Shown: in pieces, positions 55,470 through 62,922 of the stretch | How the letters are laid out: every line of letters begins with the position of its first letter | Numbering within the stretch: position 1 is the first letter of the stretch | From: Candidatus Lustribacter sp. | GTDB taxonomy: Bacteria; Vulcanimicrobiota; Vulcanimicrobiia; Vulcanimicrobiales; Vulcanimicrobiaceae | Direction of reading: 5' to 3' | Assembly (NCBI GenBank): GCA_965277805.1 | Contig: OZ255842.1 | Span: forward strand, 224,001-288,000 | Length of the DNA stretch: 64,000 bases | Translations under genes and position numbers: made by a program | The notes under the pieces: generated by a model | Databases searched by the model: none | Told to the model about the DNA's origin: nothing | The model's input: the letters and a program-made list of their open reading frames with translations, nothing else

Positions 55470-56638
55470 ACGTGCGCATCGTCGCCGCAGCGGCGCTTGC
55501 GCTCGGCGTGCTCGGGCACGCTACGAGGCTCGGCGCGGCCGACGTGGTGCCGGTCGAGTTCAACATGATCCTCTCGACAACCGGCGCCGCCGCGGTCGCC
55601 GGCGTTCCCGTCAGCCAAGGCGTGCGGGTTCTCGAGCAGATGGTGAATGCCGCCGGCGGCGTCAACGGGCGCCCGGTGAAGTTCAACATCCTCGACGATC
55701 AGTCGAGTCCGCAGATCGCCGTGCAACTCGCCAACGACCTCATCGCAAAGAAGGTACCGGCGATCCTCGGCCCGTTGTCGACCGCCTCGTGCGGCGCGGT
55801 CGCGACGCTGGTGGAAAAGAGCGGCCCGCTGATGTACTGCGTCAGCCCGTTCATCAAGCCGGCGATCGGCGGCTACGTGTACGCCGGCGGACCGGCCGAC
55901 ATCGACGGCGCGGCCGTCGTGCTGCGCTACTTCCGCGAACGCGGCATGACGCGCTTCGCGATGCTCAACTCGACCGATGCCAGCGGCCAGGCGCTGGATA
56001 ACGCCTTCGTCGAGGCCTTCGCGTTGCCGGAAAACAAAGGGATCACGCTCGTCGCGCACCAGCACTTCGCGCCGAGCGCAACGAGCACGTCGGCCCAAAT
56101 CGCGGACATCAAGGCGGCCAACCCCCAAGTCTTGATCAGCTGGATGATCGGCGCGCCGTTCGCGACGGTTTTGCGCGGCGCGCACGACGGCGGACTCGAC
56201 GTCCCGATCGTGACCAACGGCGCCAACGGATCGGCGGCCTTCATGACGCAAGTCGCGTCGTTCTTGCCGAAGGAGGTCGACTTCGCGTCCTATCCCGCTT
56301 CGCTCGCGAGCGCCGCGAGCAAAGGCATCGCCGCCGCTCAAGCCGCGCAAACGAAAGCCTTCGAAGCCGCGCACGTCAAACAAGAAGGCAACGCGATGGG
56401 CGCCTGGGATCTCGCGCTGATCATGGTCGATGCGATGCGCCACCTGCCCGCCAACGCGACGGCCGACGATCTGCGGGCCTACATCAACAAGCTGCAAGGC
56501 TTTGCCGGTACCAACGCGATCTACAACTTCCGAACTTACCCGCAGCGCGGCAGCGGACGCGACGGGAACATCATGGCGCGTTACGATCCCGCGACCAACG
56601 CATTCATCGCGATCAGCAAACCGGGCGGCGGCAAATGA
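55466..56638 (+). CDS. ABC substrate-binding protein, LivK family
   Basis: NAAGGVNGRPVKFNILDDQSSP, TDASGQ, GAPFATVLR. Confidence 0.9.
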   Translation: MNVRIVAAAALALGVLGHATRLGAADVVPVEFNMILSTTGAAAVAGVPVSQGVRVLEQMVNAAGGVNGRPVKFNILDDQSSPQIAVQLANDLIAKKVPAILGPLSTASCGAVATLVEKSGPLMYCVSPFIKPAIGGYVYAGGPADIDGAAVVLRYFRERGMTRFAMLNSTDASGQALDNAFVEAFALPENKGITLVAHQHFAPSATSTSAQIADIKAANPQVLISWMIGAPFATVLRGAHDGGLDVPIVTNGANGSAAFMTQVASFLPKEVDFASYPASLASAASKGIAAAQAAQTKAFEAAHVKQEGNAMGAWDLALIMVDAMRHLPANATADDLRAYINKLQGFAGTNAIYNFRTYPQRGSGRDGNIMARYDPATNAFIAISKPGGGK

Positions 56639-57858
56639 CGCAGACGTCAACGATGGTGCCGGTGCAAGGCGGTTACGTACCGCGTTTCTCGCTCGCCGAA
56701 CGCGACCGGCGCTGGAAACGCGTGCGCGAACTGATGGCAGCCGATAACATCGATTGCATTTTCGTGCCGCCGAACACCGGGCACTGGGACACGTTTCAAG
56801 CCAGCGGACGATACTTAACCACGCTCGGCGGTAACAACGCGCAAGTCGCGACGATCTTCCCGCACACCGGTGACGTCACGGCGATCTCGAGCCCCGACAT
56901 CGCGCCGGCGATTTGGCACGCGCGTCAGGACTGGCTCCAGGACATCCGCTCGGCGGGCAGCGGCGGCGGCTGGGGTTACACCGACCACGTCATCGCGCGC
57001 ATTAAAGAACTCGGCCTCGAACGGGGACGCATCGGCATCGTCGGCCTCGAAGGCAATACGCGCTACCCCGAGGGCGTCTTCTCGCACGGCATGTACGAAA
57101 AACTGCGCGCCGCCTTACCCGGCGCGCAATTCGTCAACGGCAACTTCGTTCTCGAACGCGCGCGCTTCGTCAAGAGCGCGGAAGAAATCGCCATCATGGA
57201 GCAGGGAATCGCGCTGACAGAAGGCGCGCTCGACGTCCTGCGCGCCGAGGCGAAGCCGGGCGTGCCGGAGTGCGTCGTCTACATGCGTCTGCTCGCGAGC
57301 ATGGTCGAACGCGGTGCCGAGCTGCCCAGCATGATTCTCTGGTCCGCCGCGTGGCCGCAGTCGCCGTCGAACTACTACATGCCGACGCAGCGCCCGCTCG
57401 CGCAGGGCGACATGATCTCGATCGAGCTGGAAGCGCGCGTTGCCGGCTACAATGGCCAGGTCACGCAGGTCGCCTTCATCGGGGAGCCGCCGCGCGAGTA
57501 TCAGGAGATGTTCGAGCTGCAGCAGCGCGCGGTCGCCCGCTGTTACGAACTGCTGCATCCTGGTTCGATCATGGGCGACTTCGTCGAAGCGATGAAAGAC
57601 TTCGAAAATGCGGACTACACCGTTCGCCTGATCATGCACTGCCGCGGCCTCGGTGACGACTCGCCGATCTGCATCGGCGAATTCCGCGACGAGATGATGC
57701 GCACGTGGCCGATCGAGGTGGGCGCGACCTTCATCGTCAAGCCGGTGATCTTTGCCCGCGAAGGGTTCCGCCGGCTCTACTGGGGCGACACCGTCGTTGC
57801 AACGGAGACCGGTGCGCGCCGTCTCGGCTCGCGCAAACCGGAAATCATGCGTCTATGA
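56635..57858 (+). CDS. M24/creatinase-fold hydrolase
   Basis: FSLAERDRRW, RFVKSAEEI, GDMISIE, HCRGLG, GDTVVATETGARRL. Confidence 0.85.
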   Translation: MTQTSTMVPVQGGYVPRFSLAERDRRWKRVRELMAADNIDCIFVPPNTGHWDTFQASGRYLTTLGGNNAQVATIFPHTGDVTAISSPDIAPAIWHARQDWLQDIRSAGSGGGWGYTDHVIARIKELGLERGRIGIVGLEGNTRYPEGVFSHGMYEKLRAALPGAQFVNGNFVLERARFVKSAEEIAIMEQGIALTEGALDVLRAEAKPGVPECVVYMRLLASMVERGAELPSMILWSAAWPQSPSNYYMPTQRPLAQGDMISIELEARVAGYNGQVTQVAFIGEPPREYQEMFELQQRAVARCYELLHPGSIMGDFVEAMKDFENADYTVRLIMHCRGLGDDSPICIGEFRDEMMRTWPIEVGATFIVKPVIFAREGFRRLYWGDTVVATETGARRLGSRKPEIMRL

Positions 57859-59069
57859 AACGTTCCATCAGGAGGCTGCCCTTCGTGAAAGTTCTGATCA
57901 GCGCGATGCTTACGCTGGTGCTCGCCGTTTCTGCCGATGGTCCGGGCGGCGCGCAGACGGCAACCGGCGCGCCGTATACGATCGATGCGATCCTCGAGCT
58001 CTCCGGCTCGAACGCGTTTACGGGCGAAATCTATGCGACGTCGCTGAAGATCTACGAGACGTACGTCAACGCGCACGGCGGCATCAACGGCCGGCCCGTG
58101 CATTTCAACCTGCGCGACGACGCGACCAATCCGCAGACGGCCGTGCAACTCGCGTCCGATACGCTCGCGAAGCATCCGGTGGTGTTCTTCGGCGGCGGCA
58201 ACACCGGGTCGTGCGCGGCGATCGCGCCGATGGTGAAAGACGGACCGGTCGACTATTGCATCTCGCCCGGATTCTCGCCGGACAAGGGAAGCTACGCGTT
58301 CGCGACGTCGCCGTCGTTGAAATCGATCGTGTCGGCGATCCTCGCGTACTGCCGCAGCCATGGATTGAAACGGCTGGCGCTGATTTCGGCGATCGACGCC
58401 ACCGGCAAGGCGTCGGAACAAGTGCTGACCGAGTTGCTCGACCTTCCGGCCAACCACGATCTGATGCTGACCACGAACCAGCACTTCAATCCGGCCGATC
58501 TCAGCATCGCCGCCCAAATCACGCAAGTGGCGGCTGCGAAGGCCGACATCGTGCTGTGCTTTGCGGGCGGAACGCCCTTCGGAACCGTGCTGCGCAGCCT
58601 CAACGACGGCGGCGTGCACCTGCCGGTCCTCACGTCGTCGGCGAACATCAACCGCGTCCAGCTCGATCAGTACAAGAGCTTTCTCCCGCCCCAGCTGATC
58701 TTCAACGGACCGATCTTCGAGATGGCGGATCAAGTCGGCGACCGCGGGCTGCGTGATGCCGTGAACGCCCTGTATTCCGCATACAAAGCGGCCGGCGCGG
58801 AGCTGAGCCCGCAAAGCGGCTTCGCCTGGGATCCGGCAGCGCTGGTCGTTTCGGGCCTGCGCAAGCTCGGGCCGTCGGCGACACCGCAGCAACTGCGCGA
58901 CTACCTGCTCGGCCTGCGCAAATATCCCGGCGTGAACGGCTCCTACGACTTCTCGATCGGCGACCAGCACGGGCTCGGGGCCGACTCGCTGGTGTTCGTT
59001 TCGTGGGATCCGAACACGCGGAACTTCTCCCTCGTCAGCGGGCCCGGCGGCTTGCCGCTGCGCCGTTAA
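57855..59069 (+). CDS. ABC substrate-binding protein, LivK family
   Basis: NAHGGINGRPVHFNLRDDATNP, GTPFGTVLR, GVNGSYDF. Confidence 0.9.
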   Translation: MKRSIRRLPFVKVLISAMLTLVLAVSADGPGGAQTATGAPYTIDAILELSGSNAFTGEIYATSLKIYETYVNAHGGINGRPVHFNLRDDATNPQTAVQLASDTLAKHPVVFFGGGNTGSCAAIAPMVKDGPVDYCISPGFSPDKGSYAFATSPSLKSIVSAILAYCRSHGLKRLALISAIDATGKASEQVLTELLDLPANHDLMLTTNQHFNPADLSIAAQITQVAAAKADIVLCFAGGTPFGTVLRSLNDGGVHLPVLTSSANINRVQLDQYKSFLPPQLIFNGPIFEMADQVGDRGLRDAVNALYSAYKAAGAELSPQSGFAWDPAALVVSGLRKLGPSATPQQLRDYLLGLRKYPGVNGSYDFSIGDQHGLGADSLVFVSWDPNTRNFSLVSGPGGLPLRR

Positions 59070-59087
59070 AAACGATAGGATACCAGC

Positions 59088-59732
59088 ATGAACGCAAAGC
59101 CCAAGATCACGACGATCGAAATCGAGGACTCGCTGGACAAGCTCGACGACTGGGATTTCTTCGCGGAGAAGGTTGTCGGCAAGTTCTCGGGGTTCAAAGC
59201 TGCGTCGGGCAATATTCTCGGCATTCGGCGCCGCATCATCGATCGCGATTCGGTGTACGACGAGAAGAAGGGCCCGCACCCGCACACCTTCGAGCTCTCG
59301 CCCACCGGCATCGAGACCATCAGCTTCAAGCCGATGAACTTCCATGTGACGCACGCCGGCACGCCGCATCGCGTCCCGCACAGTTTCGGTTACTGGCACA
59401 TCAACGATCTCGACGAAGTATATCTCGCGATCCCGGCGCCGGAAGGTGAAGAGCGCGGCCACTTCGTCGTCGTCATGCAGAAGCCGGCCGGCAAAGAAGG
59501 CGAGAGCTTCGCCTGGTACTGCGAAGAGTGCTTGACGCTGTTCGATGAGTACCGTTTCAATCACGGCGAGCTCGGTCTCACCGAATTTTGGCGCGCGGAA
59601 ATGCAAGCCGTCGCTCAGCACAACGCCAAGGACCGGACGTGTCCCGAATGCGGGCACGCGAATCCTCTCGCCTACACCTGGAATACGGTGAAAGATACGC
59701 CGGAGCTCACGGCTGCCCGTCACCACTGGTGA
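59088..59732 (+). CDS. Cupin-like protein with HAO-type rubredoxin (CxxC...CxxC) C-terminus
   Basis: HAGTPHRVPHSFGYWHINDLDEVY; WYCEEC...RTCPECGHANP. Confidence 0.72.
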   Translation: MNAKPKITTIEIEDSLDKLDDWDFFAEKVVGKFSGFKAASGNILGIRRRIIDRDSVYDEKKGPHPHTFELSPTGIETISFKPMNFHVTHAGTPHRVPHSFGYWHINDLDEVYLAIPAPEGEERGHFVVVMQKPAGKEGESFAWYCEECLTLFDEYRFNHGELGLTEFWRAEMQAVAQHNAKDRTCPECGHANPLAYTWNTVKDTPELTAARHHW

Positions 59733-60301
59733 GCACGTCGCCGCAACTGCCGGTCCTCGGGTTCGACTTCCCGCTCGACGCGCCCAATGGTTGGCATGAA
59801 GCGAACCGGTATCTGCTCTACGCCGGACACTTCGCGCTCGATGCGCCGCCGATCGCCCTGCAAGAATGGCTCGGCTCGGGTAGCGAGACGGTGCCGGCGC
59901 GTCACCGGCAACTCAGCATGGTGCCGGCCGGTACGCCGCACCGGTTGACGCACTTGGCCGGGTTCTGGCGTGAGTCCGACGCCGACTTGATCGTGCTGCG
60001 CGCCGTGCTGCCGGAAGCGTTGTACATCGCGCTGTACGTTTCGTCGGGACCATCGCATCACTACGATCGGATCTGCTGGTACTGCAATAAATGCGGTACG
60101 AAACTCGCGCCGTGGACCTACAACGTCGAGCGCTTCGGCGCGCTGTCGTTCTGGGAGAAGCTACTCGAACCCGTGCGCGCCTTCAATGCGGACGCTGCGC
60201 AGCGGACGTGTCCCGCGTGCGGGGCCGTGCATCCGTTAGCTTACGGCTTCGACGCGGCGGACGATACGAGCGAAGAGCGGGCCGCGCGGGCGAGCTGGTA
60301 A
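59729..60301 (+). CDS. Paralogue of the upstream gene; HAO-type rubredoxin tail, putative non-catalytic subunit
   Basis: GTG 59729 (GTGA overlap); PAGTPHRLTHLAGFWRESDADL; WYCNKC...FNADAAQRTCPACGAVHP. Confidence 0.72.
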   Translation: MSTSPQLPVLGFDFPLDAPNGWHEANRYLLYAGHFALDAPPIALQEWLGSGSETVPARHRQLSMVPAGTPHRLTHLAGFWRESDADLIVLRAVLPEALYIALYVSSGPSHHYDRICWYCNKCGTKLAPWTYNVERFGALSFWEKLLEPVRAFNADAAQRTCPACGAVHPLAYGFDAADDTSEERAARASW

Positions 60302-60305
60302 CGCG

Positions 60306-61112
60306 CTACTCGGCGCTCCAGCCGCCGTCGATCGGAATCGCGGTGCCGGTGATCGAGCGCGCGGCATCGCTGCACAGGTAGGCGCAGAGGGCGCCGACCT
60401 CGAGCGGATCGATGAACTTTCCCGTCGGCATCTTACTCAAGAACGCGCGCTTGAGCGCCTCTTCCTCGGAGATGCCGCCGCCGTACGACGTCGCCAGATC
60501 CTTGGCTTGTCCGGCGATCAGATCGGTGTAGACGGCGCCCGGACAAATCGCGTTCGCGGTCATCCCCGCTTCGGCGCCTTCGAGCGCGGTCGCTTTGGTG
60601 AACCCGACGACACCGTGCTTCGATGCGATGTAGGCGGATTTGAACGGCGAGGCGATTAGACCGTGGATGCTCGAGATGTTGACTACGCGCCCGTGCCCGC
60701 AGGCGACGAGATGCGGCCAGGCAGCCTTCGTGAGATGAAAGACCGAGTCGAGATCGACCGAACGCACGCGTTCCCAATCGGCATCGCCGAACTCGGCGAT
60801 CGGTGCGACGTACTGCACGCCCGCGTTGTTGACCACGTGATCGATCGCGCCGAAGTCGGCCGCGATGCGCGCAACGCCGGCGCGCACGTCATCCGGCTTC
60901 GTCACGTTGATCGCGTACCCGCGTGCGCGAACACCATACTCGGCAGCAAGTTTCGCGGCCGAGGCGGACGCCGTCGCTTCATCGAGATCGCAGATCGCGA
61001 CGTCGGATCCGGCGGCCGCGAGCGCCGTCGCGCAGGCGAAGCCGATGCCGCGCGCGGCGCCGGTAACGACGCTCACGCGACCGGCAAGGCTCAGGCTGGG
61101 AAGCGCGTTCAT
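60306..61112 (-). CDS. 3-hydroxybutyrate dehydrogenase-like SDR
   Basis: TGAARGIG, NNAGVQYVAPIAEF, SSIHGLIASPFKSAYIASKHG, IDGGW. Confidence 0.88.
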   Translation of the reverse strand: MNALPSLSLAGRVSVVTGAARGIGFACATALAAAGSDVAICDLDEATASASAAKLAAEYGVRARGYAINVTKPDDVRAGVARIAADFGAIDHVVNNAGVQYVAPIAEFGDADWERVRSVDLDSVFHLTKAAWPHLVACGHGRVVNISSIHGLIASPFKSAYIASKHGVVGFTKATALEGAEAGMTANAICPGAVYTDLIAGQAKDLATSYGGGISEEEALKRAFLSKMPTGKFIDPLEVGALCAYLCSDAARSITGTAIPIDGGWSAE

Positions 61113-61459
61113 TTCTTGCTGTAGTAGCGCACTTCGAACGTAACGCAGCCTTCCGGGCTGCGCCAGGGTCCGTGACGCATGCCCGGCGGGCGGCACGCAT
61201 ATTCGCCCGCGCGGAACGTCTGCTTCAGCTCGAGATCTTCGAACGCGCCTTCGAGGATGTAGACCTCTTCCCAGAAGTCGTGCACTTGCACGCCGTTCGG
61301 CGTCGTGTCGCAGCCGGGCGGAAACGTGAGGATGCGGGTGGCGACGTTGGCGTCGGGGTCCTTTGCGAGGATGCGCTCCGTCATGCCGACGTCGGCGCCC
61401 GCGACCTTCGTCCACGGGATCGTCGTCACGGGGAAAAATTCGTGTTCGGGTTTGGCCAT
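61109..61459 (-). CDS. ChrR-like cupin domain protein
   Basis: VHDFWEEVYILEG, YACRPPGMRHGP; GGAG RBS before ATG 61459. Confidence 0.85.
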   Translation of the reverse strand: MAKPEHEFFPVTTIPWTKVAGADVGMTERILAKDPDANVATRILTFPPGCDTTPNGVQVHDFWEEVYILEGAFEDLELKQTFRAGEYACRPPGMRHGPWRSPEGCVTFEVRYYSKK

Positions 61460-61460
61460 G

Positions 61461-62102
61461 TCACTCCACTGAGTATTCGAACGTAAGGGGATGGGCGAGC
61501 GGACCGCCGCTGATGCGGGCCGCGAAGGTCTTGCCGAAGCGAAAGCCGTGCGTGAGCAGCGGCACGGTGCCGCAGAACAGCACGAAGTTTGCGTTGCCCT
61601 TGCGCTCGCGCAAACCGGCCAGCAGCGTCGCGAGCGGCACGATCTGCGCGAACGTGCCGCGCTGATAGGGTTCGCCGTCGATCGTGCTCTCGAGCGCGAT
61701 CGCATCGAGCGCGGCATCGGGCGCGCCGATGCGGACGACGTTCTTGCCGACGGGCTTGGGGCAAATGCTCTTGCTCTTCGAGATGCTCTCGCGTTCGACG
61801 TCGCGCGCGGTGTGATCGCTGCCGAGGCCGAGATAGAGATCGTTGCCGATGCCGATCAAGATCGGCTCGACTTCGCCGCACGTCTCTTTGGTCGGCACGC
61901 TGATGCTCGACGCTTGGGTGAGAATGCCCACCGGCATCTCGTACCACATCGGCACCTCGGGCGGGGCCGGAATGCCCTCGTGCGCGAGCTCGTCGATGTG
62001 TTTCTGCACCATAGCGCGATCGCGGCCGGTGTACCCCGCGATGATGAAAACCTCGGGCTCGCATCGAATCTGTCGCTGTTGTTCGTCGGTGAAAGTCAGC
62101 AC
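61461..62102 (-). CDS. DUF2848 family protein
   Basis: IIAGYTGRD...HIDELAHEGIPAP, GEVEP, GSDHTARDVE, SKSICPKP, LFCGT. Confidence 0.85.
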   Translation of the reverse strand: MLTFTDEQQRQIRCEPEVFIIAGYTGRDRAMVQKHIDELAHEGIPAPPEVPMWYEMPVGILTQASSISVPTKETCGEVEPILIGIGNDLYLGLGSDHTARDVERESISKSKSICPKPVGKNVVRIGAPDAALDAIALESTIDGEPYQRGTFAQIVPLATLLAGLRERKGNANFVLFCGTVPLLTHGFRFGKTFAARISGGPLAHPLTFEYSVE

Positions 62103-62131
62103 GCGGTCTCCGGCTTGCGCATCATCCTCTG

Positions 62132-62161
62132 TTGACGGGACCGATGCATAGTGTATACACT
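62132..62161. promoter_or_regulatory. Sigma70-type promoter with overlapping palindromic operator (GntR-family-like)
   Basis: TTGACG(62132)-18 nt-TACACT(62156); perfect 12-bp palindrome AGTGTATACACT (62150-62161) in a divergent spacer. Confidence 0.6.
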
Positions 62162-62235
62162 TACCGTATCGCTATTTGCACCCCTCCCCAACAGCGTACG
62201 AGTCGCCACCGGCCACCGGCCGGCCTCTTTTAGGT

Positions 62236-62922
62236 ATGGGGGCGGTGATTGTAACGGGCGGAGCAGGCGGACTCGGAACGGCGATCGTCGCCGACCTGCG
62301 GGCGAACGGCCGCACGGTGGTCTCCTTCGACCGCCAGGCTGCATCAAGTGCTTCCGCGTCGTTTCAACTCGACGTGGCCGATGAAGCCGCGGTCGGCGCG
62401 CGCGCAAACGAAGTTGCCGAACGCTACGGCGGCATCGACGGTCTCGTGTGCGCGGCCGGCACGGTGGCGGAACATCCGGTTGCCGAGATGCCGCTCGCGG
62501 CGTGGCGCAGCGTGATCGATGCATCGCTGACCGGCACCTTCGTCGCCACGCGCGCGGTACTGCCGGCGATGATCGCTGCCGCCCGCGGCAGCATCGTCGC
62601 CTTTTCTTCGGGCTACGCAACGACCGGTTACCGCAACGGCGCGAACTATGCCGCAGCCAAAGCGGGCGTCGAGGCGCTGATCAAATCCGTCGCGCTCGAA
62701 AACGCGCAGTACGGCATCCGCGCGAACAGCGTCGCGCCCGGCCCGATCGACACGCCGATGCTCACGCCCGAACGCGCGGCGTTCATCGGCCCGCGCATTC
62801 CGCTCGGCCGCGTGGGCACGCCGGCCGACGTCGTCGGGATCGTCCGGTTCCTAATCGGCGATGAGGGCGCGTACATTACGGGACAAACCATCGGGGTCAA
62901 CGGGGGCTTGATCATGCAATGA
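62236..62922 (+). CDS. Short-chain dehydrogenase/reductase (FabG-like)
   Basis: VTGGAGGLG, YAAAK, NSVAPGPIDT, YITGQTIGVNGG. Confidence 0.9.
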   Translation: MGAVIVTGGAGGLGTAIVADLRANGRTVVSFDRQAASSASASFQLDVADEAAVGARANEVAERYGGIDGLVCAAGTVAEHPVAEMPLAAWRSVIDASLTGTFVATRAVLPAMIAAARGSIVAFSSGYATTGYRNGANYAAAKAGVEALIKSVALENAQYGIRANSVAPGPIDTPMLTPERAAFIGPRIPLGRVGTPADVVGIVRFLIGDEGAYITGQTIGVNGGLIMQ

